32,000 nt of DNA from the NCBI RefSeq assembly GCF_900096945.1, contig NZ_FMKA01000035.1, positions 7,203-39,202 of the forward strand, given 5' to 3'. Position 1 is the first letter of the stretch. Every line of letters starts with the position of its first letter. The notes under the pieces are model-generated. The model ran no database searches. It was not told the DNA's origin and worked only from the letters and a program-made list of their open reading frames with translations. Shown in pieces: positions 1-9,542 of the stretch. Origin of the DNA: Anaerobium acetethylicum. GTDB lineage: Bacteria; Bacillota; Clostridia; Lachnospirales; Lachnospiraceae. Position numbers and translations under genes: made by a program.

Positions 1-378
1 ACCAGGACCATCATTTTGTATGAGGCTCCGCACAGGCTGATCAGGACATTGGAGGAGCTGAAGGATGCCCTTGGCGAGAGACGGATTACCGTCTGCAGGG
101 AGCTGACAAAAAGATATGAAACTGCTTTCCGAACTACGTTTTCAGAGGCTATCGAGCATTACGAAAAGACTGATCCGCGCGGAGAATGCGTGATCGTTAT
201 TGAAGGAAGAAGCAGGGAAGAAATTAAGGAAGAAAAACGAAGAGAATGGGAAGAGCTGTCAATAGAAGAGCATCTGGCCCATTATACAGACAAAGGAACT
301 GACAGGAAAGAAGCGATGAAGCTGGTAGCAAAAGACAGAGGAATTACCAAACGGGATGTTTATCAGGCTCTTTTATAG
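1..378 (+). CDS. rsmI: 16S rRNA 2'-O-ribose C1402 methyltransferase RsmI, C-terminal part (5' end outside window)
   Basis: Frame 1 is open from base 1. The translation ...ILYEAPHRLIRTLEEL...ITVCRELTKRYE fits the conserved RsmI C-terminus. Its position before abrB-metG-tatD-rsmA mirrors B. subtilis yabC-abrB-metS-yabD-ksgA. Confidence 0.85.
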   Translation, partial: TRTIILYEAPHRLIRTLEELKDALGERRITVCRELTKRYETAFRTTFSEAIEHYEKTDPRGECVIVIEGRSREEIKEEKRREWEELSIEEHLAHYTDKGTDRKEAMKLVAKDRGITKRDVYQALL

Positions 379-481
379 TTTACAGGCAGACTTCCAGCCC
401 CCTCAGGATATCATATCCATGGCGTGAGTGATATTTCATGGACGGGTTTTTATCTCATAGGATAAACGTTTCTATAATAAT

Positions 482-518
482 AAAAAATGCCCGCGGTATG
501 TCTGCGGGCATTTCTTTC
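482..518. terminator. Bidirectional intrinsic terminator shared by rsmI (+) and abrB (-)
   Basis: The stem is atgcccgc (487-494) with gcgggcat (504-511) and a 9-nt loop. An A-run lies upstream and a T-rich run downstream, so a U-tract exists on both strands. Confidence 0.7.
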
Positions 519-612
519 AGCATTGGAAAACGGACAGAATGCCGGGCACGGTCCCAAAACCGTGGCCCAGCACTCCTTTCCGTTTTATAAGATTGTATTA
601 CGCAAAACTAAA

Positions 613-876
613 TTACTCTTTGACTTTCAGTCCTGCAAGTTTGGCCATCTCAATTATTGATTCCTTGGAAACTTTTTTTCCGTGGAAATCAATTAAGTCA
701 TCCATGCTGCCAGTAAAAATGTCACTTGGTGAAAATTTCTGGAGAATAATTTTGTCTTCTTCAACAAAGATGTGTAATGAATCTCTTTCAGTCAAGTTTA
801 AGCTTTTTCTGAGTTCCATTGGTAAAGTTATTCTGCCTAGTTCATCCAATCTTCTTACTACGCCAGTATCTCTCAT
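613..876 (-). CDS. abrB: AbrB/SpoVT-family transition-state regulator
   Basis: The N-terminus MRDTGVVRRLDELGRITLPMELRKSL..DKIILQK closely parallels B. subtilis AbrB (MKSTGIVRKVDELGRVVIPIELRRTL). The SD aaggagg lies 7 nt upstream on the minus strand. Confidence 0.9.
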   Translation of the reverse strand: MRDTGVVRRLDELGRITLPMELRKSLNLTERDSLHIFVEEDKIILQKFSPSDIFTGSMDDLIDFHGKKVSKESIIEMAKLAGLKVKE

Positions 877-1168
877 ATTCGATCCTCCTTGGTTAAAATA
901 GTAAATATGATAAGATTATTATAGCAGTAGTTGATTAAGAATACAATAGAAATAATAAAAAAATTTACATTTTTATACTTTATTAAAAAAATGGCAAAAA
1001 AAGTATAATTATTATATGTTAAGGTAAAAGAATACATAATATAAAAAAAAGGAACTTCTCGGTCATTTTTATATTCGGATGAAAAAGGAATGCATTTTTA
1101 GTGGGTAAAATCCAGAAAGGAGAGCAGAAACGACAAAAATATTGTGAAAGGAGAAAAAATGGTGTATA

Positions 1169-1639
1169 ATGTGGATAAAATCAGGAAAGGCAGGAGATAG
1201 TGTGGATACATATGGTACGTTTCATGAGGTACTTGTTAAGTTGTTCAATGACATAATGAGTATTGAAGAAAAGACAATCATAACTGAAGAATTCAAGGAT
1301 ATCTCCAATAACGATATGCATATTATCGAAGCAATCGGAATAGGGGACCCCAGAAATATGTCGGCGGTCGCAAAAACCCTTACCGTTACCGTCGGAACAC
1401 TGACTATCGCTATCAACAGCCTTGTAAAAAAAGGGTACGTATCAAGAATCCGCAGCGATGAGGATAGAAGGGTCGTGCTTCTTTCATTGTCTCCAAAGGG
1501 AGTCAGGGCATTTGAACATCACCAGGATTTCCACGAGAAGATGATAAGAGCAACCATAGAAGGTCTTGACGATTCGGAACTGAAGGTTCTCGTGAAAGCC
1601 CTGATCAACCTAAGAAATTTTTTTGAAAGCTACAGATAA
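1169..1639 (+). CDS. MarR-family transcriptional regulator
   Basis: The 156-aa product has a winged-helix segment (MSAVAKTLTVTVGTLTIAINSLVKKGYVSRIRSDEDRRVVLLSLSPKG) typical of MarR. The start is uncertain; an in-frame GTG at 1201 is an alternative. Confidence 0.8.
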   Translation: MWIKSGKAGDSVDTYGTFHEVLVKLFNDIMSIEEKTIITEEFKDISNNDMHIIEAIGIGDPRNMSAVAKTLTVTVGTLTIAINSLVKKGYVSRIRSDEDRRVVLLSLSPKGVRAFEHHQDFHEKMIRATIEGLDDSELKVLVKALINLRNFFESYR

Positions 1640-1677
1640 AAACCGGGAAACTGCATCTTACAAGCAGAATCCCGGTT
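1638..1677. terminator. Hairpin terminator between the convergent MarR gene and DUF885 gene
   Basis: The stem is aaccggga (1641-1648) with tcccggtt (1670-1677). The A-run upstream on + gives a U-tract for the minus-strand gene. There is no good U-tract on +. Confidence 0.6.
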
Positions 1678-1715
1678 CAGAATTCACATTCTCTTTTTTT
1701 CTATAATTATTCGGA

Positions 1716-3533
1716 TTATTTTTCGGATATCCATTCATTCATATACTTTTCGAGTATATCAAAGGGCGCAGGTCCTGTCATAAGCAGAAATTCATGAAAA
1801 TTCACAGCTTTAAACTCATATCCCAGTTTTGTCTCAGCTATATCCCTTAATCTCAGAAATTCCAAATAACCCACATAATATTTTAAATAGTTTGCAGGTT
1901 CTTCGACTATGCCGTGATAGATCTGTTCAACAATTCTATTGCCTGTTATTCCGTAGCGTTCCAGATAGGAGGCTGTTTTTTCCACATCCCAGCCATCATA
2001 ATGGATGCCAATGTCTATTGAGGAATACAGACCCAGGGTCAGCGACCTGTTCAGCTGAAGCATTTTTGCGGTATCCTTGTCCATATCTGCAAGACCATAG
2101 GCATACATTTCCGCATAGGTCGCCCACCCCTCGATGAATCCTGCAAAATTCAGAAGGCTCCGTACCTTATCCGAAAGGAATGTGTTCGAATATACGGTCT
2201 GGTAAAGGTGTCCGGGATAGCCTTCATGGGCAAGGGTAGCATAGAGGTCGGCTTTTTCATAGCTGCCGGCAGGATTGATATAAATAATATTTTCCGACAT
2301 ATTATCGATAGGAGGTGTCAGATAGAATGCAGGACTTAAGAAATCTTCTAATGACTCATCGACATACTTTACAGAATAAGCGGTATTGGGCGGGGTAGGG
2401 AAATCATCGGCTATTTTTGATTTCAGATCCTCGAGTATTTCTGCGGGATCTTGCAGAGCGAATTCATAGCTGTCGAAAGAATCGGGAATGGACGGGTCGG
2501 CTGCAAAGAGCGCAGAAAGAGCCTGCATGTCAGTTTCCATTTTGGAATCTATCATTTTCTGGATTTCCTCTATAGAACGGGGAGAGCCGGTATTATATTT
2601 TACAAGGTATTCATAGTATTTTCTGCCATCAGGGTAGTGGCAGAGGCCTTCTTCGTTTGTTCCCGTGCCTTTGAGTGAGGTGAGACCTTCTATCAGAAGC
2701 TGGTATCCGGGAATGACATCGCTGTTTAAAATTTCTGTATTCTGCTTTTTAAAAGCTTCTTTCTGCTCCTCCGTAATGAAGGAGAGCCTGTCGATTTTTT
2801 CATTAAATGTGGAAATCAAAAAATGATCTTCCGGATTCTTTATAAATTCCCTGCATTGTTCGATTATATCATCTGCCGAGTAGTCAGCCATGAATAGACC
2901 AGCTTCCGACTTTTCCTTCTCAAATTCCATGATGCTGGCGTAATAGTCGTCAAGGTCTGCAATCAGACCGAGATAGTCGGTTATATCTTTCTCTCTTAGA
3001 AATGAATATTCTGCCAAAAGGATGGGAAGCTGTGCCTGGGTTCCGAGGGAGGGGCTGAGTGCCTCGGCATAGAGGACCAGGCCTGATGAAGAGAGTTCAG
3101 TCGTGAAAAAACTATCCAGAATATCGTAGGTCAGCTGACGGCTTTCTGTAAGGCTCTCATAGGAAAAGCTGTGGAGAGTTGTCTGCCAGGTTTTAAGGTC
3201 GTCAATGATCGTATCGATTTCATCCAGAGAAATGCGGCCAAGGGTCACATTATAATCGGTGATTCCATAGGCGCCTGGATCGGAAAGGCTGTAGTGGAGA
3301 TTTAATGTGTTGGACGTAACCTCCTCCAGGAAAAGTTCATTTGTAAAATCATCAAAAGCAACCCCAATATCGTCCTCAGTATCATCTCCAGTATCTTCGG
3401 AAGTCTCCTGGTTTTCAGAACTGATTGGAGCGGACTCCGGGATGTCTGTCCCGTTGTTTCTATTACACCCGGCAAAGGAAAGGACGATGCAGATCGTAAA
3501 AAATAACAATGATATTTTTTTTAAGTGCTTCAA
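1716..3533 (-). CDS. DUF885-family putative lipoprotein (metallopeptidase-like fold)
   Basis: The start codon is TTG, with SD gaggaggg upstream. The signal peptide has a lipobox (LSFAGC). HEGYPGHLYQ matches the HExxPGH motif I associate with DUF885. Confidence 0.8.
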   Translation of the reverse strand: MKHLKKISLLFFTICIVLSFAGCNRNNGTDIPESAPISSENQETSEDTGDDTEDDIGVAFDDFTNELFLEEVTSNTLNLHYSLSDPGAYGITDYNVTLGRISLDEIDTIIDDLKTWQTTLHSFSYESLTESRQLTYDILDSFFTTELSSSGLVLYAEALSPSLGTQAQLPILLAEYSFLREKDITDYLGLIADLDDYYASIMEFEKEKSEAGLFMADYSADDIIEQCREFIKNPEDHFLISTFNEKIDRLSFITEEQKEAFKKQNTEILNSDVIPGYQLLIEGLTSLKGTGTNEEGLCHYPDGRKYYEYLVKYNTGSPRSIEEIQKMIDSKMETDMQALSALFAADPSIPDSFDSYEFALQDPAEILEDLKSKIADDFPTPPNTAYSVKYVDESLEDFLSPAFYLTPPIDNMSENIIYINPAGSYEKADLYATLAHEGYPGHLYQTVYSNTFLSDKVRSLLNFAGFIEGWATYAEMYAYGLADMDKDTAKMLQLNRSLTLGLYSSIDIGIHYDGWDVEKTASYLERYGITGNRIVEQIYHGIVEEPANYLKYYVGYLEFLRLRDIAETKLGYEFKAVNFHEFLLMTGPAPFDILEKYMNEWISEK

Positions 3534-3677
3534 GTAGTTATTGCCCTCCTCTCAATATCTTCAGTCGGAAGACTGATCAGTTACTATCATAATAGCATAT
3601 AGGATTGGTTTATACAAAATAATTCAGGCAGCTGCATCCGCAGGAATGAGGGGATGCAGAACGAAGGGAGAATGTGA

Positions 3678-6600
3678 ATGAAAGGAAAGAAAATCAGTAT
3701 TATTAGAAAAAAAGGGGAAAACAGGAAGTCGGAAGGAGGGAGCACGAGGCAGGGAATAAAAATCGCTGCAGCGCTTGTTCTTATGAGTGCCTTCTTGTTT
3801 CTGTCAGGTATGATCAGTTATGCAGTCGGCATCGAAGATTACTACCAGGAGGTACTGAAATTTGACGACCAGGGAAATCTGATTATGACGGTACATGACA
3901 GGAAAGCGACGGCGGCAGTTACCTATAAGACTATAGGCTGGACAATTAAAAGGTATAACCAGCCGATTGATGCAGCAGGAAACCAGTGTGCCAGGATTGT
4001 GCTGGAAGAAAATGCGCCGTCAAGGCCGGATCCAGGAGACAGCAAATATATATATTCTTATTTTTACTGCAACAGGGACGCAATTTTTAACAGCATAGGG
4101 AATGCGTCCAAAGAATGGCAGGAGGAACTTTACAGTAACGGGGGTACCGTATATTTGGATTCCATCATGACTGTATGTGTAAACGGAGTTCCACGGGGAA
4201 GCCTGACAGACGGGGGTGCAGGATCCGCAGGCGAGGTCTATTTTACTTTTGAAGGGATTGCAGGTGCTAGAAAGTGGGCAAATCCGGAAAGCCTGAGGAC
4301 ACATTTTAATAAAAGCCTCAGTTTTCCGGAGAACAAAGAGATGCTTTCAGGCAGCTTTCATGTAGCTCATTTTGAGGTGGCAGGGGAGGATTATGAGCAT
4401 GCAGCTTCTCTGGAGCGGTATGGAAAAAATATTTCGGGAGGGGTTCTGGAAGCCCGGGAGCACAGTTTTACAAAAGAAGATTTTACGGAACATTTTTTTG
4501 AATATAGAAAGCTGCATGTCATGCTGGAATACAGGGACGGGAGAAAATACGATTACTGGACCGAAGGCGACCAGGACGTGCAGGGGATGGCAGTCATCGG
4601 AAACCAGGATAATTCCATTGAGAGAGCGGATGTCCATTTCTACTATGAAAGGGTGGAACGGCAGCAGGAAAGGACTGATTACTTTAACTGGGATCAGAAT
4701 GGAAACCAGCTTGCGAACAGCCTCTGCATCAGGGCTGAAGAAAAAGGAAATGAAGCCTTTGATGTGTCAGAAGGGGTACCAACAGGAGAAGAGCTTTATG
4801 TGGAAGGCAAGTTCAGCAAATACAGGTATGCCTGCAGATATAAGCAGACATATGGATTCCGCACCTATGGAATTCGTGTGCGAACGAAGTACACCCTGCG
4901 ATGGACGGGAGAGAATGGAATTGTGCATGAGGAGGAGGCATACCGGGAGAAGGATTATTATGCGGACAGGTATTATTCATACTGGGAGGTAGAGGACCTG
5001 GATCTGAATTATCTTGATAATGTGGAAGTCTGCAATTATGCTTTTGAAAATGGAAAGGTCGTTCTGGATACGATTCCGGAAGCGTGGGTGATGCTTTTCA
5101 CAGGAAGACGTGACCGTATGAAGGATCCTGAGTATGCTGAAACGCTTGAGGTGTATGGAGGGATCATAGAGGGGGGAAATGCAAAACCTGAAATTCAGGA
5201 GGGGAATTATCAGCAGGAAGCGGAGGCCGCTATCGGCCAGATAACCGTTAAAAATGATGCTTTTTTGCTTGATAATCAGAGACTGCTGGACAATACTGCA
5301 GCTGCGGGAACGGCTTCAGAGCCCGTAAAGCCTGCAGGAGATATAACTGTTAATATATATAAGGGAGATATTCTGATTCCCCATACAAAAAGGAATGGGG
5401 AAAAATATCCTAGCACGGCTACTGCAAATTATGGTACCTATGGCAGCATATCAGAGGAGTCTTTCAGGGTGATGCCTGTAAATGGAATTACGGTTCATAC
5501 ACCGGTCGTATGCCAGGGGATGATTTCCAGTGAGAAAGAATTCAACCAGGAGATAAATCCTGACAGAATGCGGGCATCGCTGATACTTGGCAGGAGTTTT
5601 ATAATCAGGATGGGTACCACGGGAGTCCATAAGAAGATTAAAGGGTATGGCTACAGGGATTATGATGAATATACGGATTGCGGTCAGGTCCGTTTTCCGT
5701 TTACTGTATATCGTGGAGAGGGGATGATTGATGCAGGAACCTGGATCGATATCGAAGGGAGCAACATGTTTTTTTATCTGCCGGAGGGGATCAGTGAAGG
5801 GGACTATGCAGTTGAATTCAGGGCGGCCGCAAAGAATTATGATACAGTGGAAGGCGGTTTAGATAAAATAGAGCAGAATGCGAATCTTAACAGGGATAAC
5901 TATGCCGCATGGGATTCTGTGAAGGTCCGTGTCACAGGCAGACTATTCGGCTTCAGTATAATTGATATCGGCGATTACCCCAGATGGGAGAGAGTTTTCA
6001 GGAAAGGGGACGGTATCACGCCCCGTGGGTTTGCTTACAGAGTAGGAACACAGGACAAAAACGGGAACAGCACAGGAATATCAGAAAAATATTCGCTTCC
6101 GATTCTAAGGGGAGGACATCCGTATAATCTGAATGCATGGGCAGTCAGGACAGGATATCATATAAAATTCAAGCTGACGACCATAGGAACCATGGCTGGG
6201 AACAATGACTACATACATTTAACGCCCGAATTCTGGTATGTCGATAAAAATGGAAGAAACCGACAGAAGGTGGATCTTTACTACAGCGCAGTTATCAATG
6301 GAAGCAGGGAGGAGTATGTGAAGATCGGAAGTGCCGTAGATAAAACAAATGTCATGACACTGGACATGAGCAGCAGATACAGCCTGGCTCCGAAAGAGGA
6401 ACTGGAAAAATCTGCGGAGCTGACAGGACAAAATTTTAAGGACCTGTATGGAGAACCAGCAGAGGCATATACTTTCGGGAACATACTTTTGTCATACAAA
6501 AGCAGAAATTTCATCGGAAATACCACCAAAAATATTTCTGACAGCAACGCAGCCTTGAAATCCCGACAGGAGTGGTACGGGGAATACCATCTGCCTGCAA

Positions 6601-6929
6601 AAATCCATGCGGTTCCGGAGGGATTCGATCTGAAGCAATATATACATCAACATGGAACCCTGGGAAGGGACAGTAAGTTTTTCCTAAAAGACGGATATAT
6701 ACTGGTGAATCTGAATATTGAAACCCTCAAGAACCGGGTACCTTCACTGAGCTATACGAATCTGAAAAATGCGGCATCAGGATACTGCAATATGTGGAAG
6801 AGAGAGGGATTTGCATACAGCAGAACGGATGCCCTGAATGTGAAATTTGCATTTATCGATGGGGATGCTTTTCTTTATGATCTGGATGCATCTTTGCGGC
6901 AGGACTACAAAGGTATGGGGACGCACTAG
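3678..6929 (+). CDS. Large (1083 aa) N-terminally membrane-anchored or secreted protein of unknown function
   Basis: An uninterrupted 3.25-kb ORF begins with SD gaagggag 7 nt before the ATG. A basic N-terminus is followed by one hydrophobic helix (IKIAAALVLMSAFLFLSGMISYAVG). The remainder is rich in Tyr, Gly and Trp. I saw no catalytic motif and no LPXTG sorting signal. Confidence 0.75.
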   Translation: MKGKKISIIRKKGENRKSEGGSTRQGIKIAAALVLMSAFLFLSGMISYAVGIEDYYQEVLKFDDQGNLIMTVHDRKATAAVTYKTIGWTIKRYNQPIDAAGNQCARIVLEENAPSRPDPGDSKYIYSYFYCNRDAIFNSIGNASKEWQEELYSNGGTVYLDSIMTVCVNGVPRGSLTDGGAGSAGEVYFTFEGIAGARKWANPESLRTHFNKSLSFPENKEMLSGSFHVAHFEVAGEDYEHAASLERYGKNISGGVLEAREHSFTKEDFTEHFFEYRKLHVMLEYRDGRKYDYWTEGDQDVQGMAVIGNQDNSIERADVHFYYERVERQQERTDYFNWDQNGNQLANSLCIRAEEKGNEAFDVSEGVPTGEELYVEGKFSKYRYACRYKQTYGFRTYGIRVRTKYTLRWTGENGIVHEEEAYREKDYYADRYYSYWEVEDLDLNYLDNVEVCNYAFENGKVVLDTIPEAWVMLFTGRRDRMKDPEYAETLEVYGGIIEGGNAKPEIQEGNYQQEAEAAIGQITVKNDAFLLDNQRLLDNTAAAGTASEPVKPAGDITVNIYKGDILIPHTKRNGEKYPSTATANYGTYGSISEESFRVMPVNGITVHTPVVCQGMISSEKEFNQEINPDRMRASLILGRSFIIRMGTTGVHKKIKGYGYRDYDEYTDCGQVRFPFTVYRGEGMIDAGTWIDIEGSNMFFYLPEGISEGDYAVEFRAAAKNYDTVEGGLDKIEQNANLNRDNYAAWDSVKVRVTGRLFGFSIIDIGDYPRWERVFRKGDGITPRGFAYRVGTQDKNGNSTGISEKYSLPILRGGHPYNLNAWAVRTGYHIKFKLTTIGTMAGNNDYIHLTPEFWYVDKNGRNRQKVDLYYSAVINGSREEYVKIGSAVDKTNVMTLDMSSRYSLAPKEELEKSAELTGQNFKDLYGEPAEAYTFGNILLSYKSRNFIGNTTKNISDSNAALKSRQEWYGEYHLPAKIHAVPEGFDLKQYIHQHGTLGRDSKFFLKDGYILVNLNIETLKNRVPSLSYTNLKNAASGYCNMWKREGFAYSRTDALNVKFAFIDGDAFLYDLDASLRQDYKGMGTH

Positions 6930-6950
6930 GCGTTCTCTGTTACAGGAGTC

Positions 6951-6978
6951 TTGACATACCGGGGGAGCATGTGATAGT
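6951..6978 (+). promoter_or_regulatory. Sigma-A type promoter for the metG T-box leader
   Basis: The -35 is TTGACA (6951-6956). A 16-nt spacer leads to an extended -10, TGtGATAGT (6970-6978). Confidence 0.55.
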
Positions 6979-6984
6979 CTTTAA

Positions 6985-7298
6985 GATAAGTAAAAATGTA
7001 AACACTGTGACGAAGAGAGTAGGTTTATCATTCCATTTAAAGAGAATCCCCATATGGTGAGAGGGGACATTGGATATAGGCTGAAAATGGCTTCCGAGTG
7101 GCGCACCGAACTTTAACATATGATGGGAAAGCAAGGCTGCGACGGGACTCCGCCTGTTACAGCGGAAAAGTATACCAGGGCTTTAACTGCCTGTGGGTGT
7201 ACTTAATGAGGTCTGCTTCGTGAGAAACAGATAAATTGAAGTGGTAACACGGGACGATTTCCCGTCTTCTCTAGCTGTTAGGGGAGACGGGTTTTTTT
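6985..7298 (+). promoter_or_regulatory. T-box riboswitch leader, Met-specific
   Basis: A K-turn/GA motif (tgacgaagagagta) is at about 7008-7022. The AGAGA bulge and GGTGAGA distal-loop motifs are present. ATGATG at 7120-7125 sits in the presumed specifier region. The T-box sequence is aaattgaagtggtaacacggg (7233-7253). A terminator follows, and the downstream gene is metG. Confidence 0.85.
7261..7298 (+). terminator. T-box leader attenuator (intrinsic terminator)
   Basis: The stem is cccgtct..(loop)..agacggg, followed by ttttttt (7292-7298). Confidence 0.8.
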
Positions 7299-7396
7299 GA
7301 CTCATAAAAAGGCTCGTCCTGTGACAAGAAAAAGTTCCGATTTTTAAAGAGAAATGATATCGATGATGATATTTTATTATGAAAGGATGTATACAT

Positions 7397-9340
7397 ATGG
7401 ACAAGAAAAAATATTATATTACAACAGCAATCGCATACACATCAGGAAAGCCGCACATCGGAAACAGCTATGAAATCGTTCTTGCTGACAGCATTGCAAG
7501 ATTTAAGAGGCAGCAGGGATATGATGTGTTTTATCAGACAGGAACGGATGAACATGGACAGAAGATTGAGCTGAAGGCTGAAGAAGCAGGCATCACACCG
7601 AAGGAATTCGTGGATGGTGTTGCAGGGCAGATCAGGGATATCTGGGATCTGATGGATACATCCTATGATAAGTTCGTGCGTACCACGGATGAACATCATG
7701 AAAAACAGGTTCAGAAAATATTTAAAAAACTCTATGAACAGGGCGATATATATAAAGGATATTATGAAGGAATGTACTGTACGCCATGTGAATCCTTCTT
7801 CACATCATCGCAGCTGGTCGACGGAAAATGTCCTGACTGCGGCAGAGAAGTACAGCCGGCGAAGGAAGAGGCTTATTTCCTTAAATTGAGCAAATATACA
7901 GACAGGCTGATTGCGCATATCAATGATCATCCTGAATTTATCCAGCCGGAATCCAGAAAGAATGAAATGATGAATAATTTCCTTCTTCCGGGCCTTCAGG
8001 ATCTCTGCGTTTCAAGAACCTCATTTAAGTGGGGAATTCCGGTTGATTTCGATAACAAGCATGTTGTCTATGTATGGCTTGATGCACTCAGCAACTACAT
8101 CACCGGCTTAGGGTATGATGTTGATGGAAATAGCGATTCCCTATTTGAAAAATTCTGGCCAGCAGATCTTCATCTTATTGGAAAAGATATTTTAAGGTTC
8201 CACACCATTTACTGGCCGATTATGCTGATGGCTCTTGACCTTCCGCTTCCAAAGCAGATATTCGGACATCCATGGCTGCTTCAGGGTGAGGGAAAGATGA
8301 GCAAGTCAAAAGGAAATGTGCTTTATGCGGATGAACTCGTTGATTTCTTCGGAGTTGATGCGGTAAGATACTTTGTTCTTCATGAAATGCCGTTTGACAA
8401 TGACGGCGTAATCACATGGGAACTTATGGTGGAAAGAATGAATTCCGACCTTGCGAATACCCTTGGAAATCTTGTAAACAGGACGATTTCCATGTCAAAC
8501 AAGTATTTCAGCGGTGTGGTAAACAATACCGGCGTCAGGGAAGATGTCGATGATGAACTCATCGCTCTTGCACTGAAGACGCCTCAGATCGTGCAGGAAA
8601 AAATGGAGCACCTGAGGGTTGCAGATGCTATTTCGGAAATCTTCACGCTGTTTAAGAGATGCAATAAATACATTGATGAAACCATGCCATGGGCTCTTGC
8701 AAAGGATGAGGACAAGCAGGCGCGTCTTGAAACCGTGCTTTACAACCTGACAGAATGCATCTGCATAGGCGCAACACTTTTAGAATCTTTCATGCCGGAT
8801 ACAGCAAAAAAAATCCTGGGCCAGTTGAATGCAAAGGAAAGAACAATGGAAGATCTTGCAACATATGGCTTATATGAATCAGGCACAAAAGTGACTGACA
8901 AACCGGCAATCCTTTTCGCACGCCTGGATGTGAATGAAGTACTTGAAAAAGTAGAAGCCATAAAAGCAGCAAACCAGGAACCTGAGGAACACTACCCTGC
9001 AGTTGAAGCGAAGCCGGAAATTACTATTGATGAATTTGATAAAGTACAGATTCAGGTCGGAGAGGTAATTGCATGCGAACCAGTTAAGAAGGCGAAAAAG
9101 CTTCTTGTTTCACAGATAAAAGTAGGAGGACAGACACGACAGATCGTGTCGGGAATCGCCCAGTACTATAAACCGGAAGAGATGGTAGGAAAGAAAGTTG
9201 CGGTAATTACGAACCTTAAGCCGGTTAAGCTCTGCGGAATCCTCTCAGAAGGCATGATTCTCGCAGCAAGCGATGATGACGGAAATCTTTCCGTCATGAC
9301 TGTAGATAAAGACATTGTAAGCGGATCAGAAATCTGCTAA
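7397..9340 (+). CDS. metG: Methionine--tRNA ligase with C-terminal tRNA-binding (Trbp111/EMAP-like) domain
   Basis: The class I HIGH motif (KPHIGN), the KMSKS motif, a Zn knuckle (CPDCG) and a C-terminal OB-fold segment (VGEVIACEPVKKAKKLL..KVAVITNLKPVKL) are present. The ATG at 7397 has SD gaaagga 9 nt upstream and is preferred over the ATG at 7379. Confidence 0.95.
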   Translation: MDKKKYYITTAIAYTSGKPHIGNSYEIVLADSIARFKRQQGYDVFYQTGTDEHGQKIELKAEEAGITPKEFVDGVAGQIRDIWDLMDTSYDKFVRTTDEHHEKQVQKIFKKLYEQGDIYKGYYEGMYCTPCESFFTSSQLVDGKCPDCGREVQPAKEEAYFLKLSKYTDRLIAHINDHPEFIQPESRKNEMMNNFLLPGLQDLCVSRTSFKWGIPVDFDNKHVVYVWLDALSNYITGLGYDVDGNSDSLFEKFWPADLHLIGKDILRFHTIYWPIMLMALDLPLPKQIFGHPWLLQGEGKMSKSKGNVLYADELVDFFGVDAVRYFVLHEMPFDNDGVITWELMVERMNSDLANTLGNLVNRTISMSNKYFSGVVNNTGVREDVDDELIALALKTPQIVQEKMEHLRVADAISEIFTLFKRCNKYIDETMPWALAKDEDKQARLETVLYNLTECICIGATLLESFMPDTAKKILGQLNAKERTMEDLATYGLYESGTKVTDKPAILFARLDVNEVLEKVEAIKAANQEPEEHYPAVEAKPEITIDEFDKVQIQVGEVIACEPVKKAKKLLVSQIKVGGQTRQIVSGIAQYYKPEEMVGKKVAVITNLKPVKLCGILSEGMILAASDDDGNLSVMTVDKDIVSGSEIC

Positions 9341-9542
9341 ATATGATACCAGGGTCAAAAGGTCATGTGTTTCATGGTTGCATGAAAAAACATGACTTTG
9401 GGACCAGCAAAACATGAGAAAGCAGCCCGAACAGGGCGAATTTCGAGATAATATAAATAATCCGGGCACAAGCCCGGTCCGGAAGGAGGAAACTTTGGCA
9501 GGGGTATGCATGAAAGGTGCAGATCCCTGCCAAATAATGCTT

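Noticed and set aside
539-901. 120-aa ORF on the + strand
   Set aside because: It lies entirely antisense to the well-supported abrB gene, has no SD, and gives a low-complexity Ser/Leu-rich translation. It is a shadow ORF.
1171-1209. Two DnaA-box-like 9-mers (TGTGGATAA at 1171-1179, TGTGGATAC at 1201-1209) next to a very AT-rich ~270-bp region
   Set aside because: There are only two boxes, both inside the MarR coding start, and no dnaA/dnaN context. The AT-rich tract is adequately explained as the divergent abrB/marR promoter region. This is not an origin.
4372-4992. 206-aa alternative + frame ORF inside the 1083-aa gene
   Set aside because: It is nested out of frame in a much longer continuous ORF. 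It has an Arg/Gly/Met-rich composition and no SD.
6940-7404. Two minus-strand ORFs (64 and 73 aa)
   Set aside because: They lie within and antisense to the T-box leader. They have no SD and no protein-like sequence.
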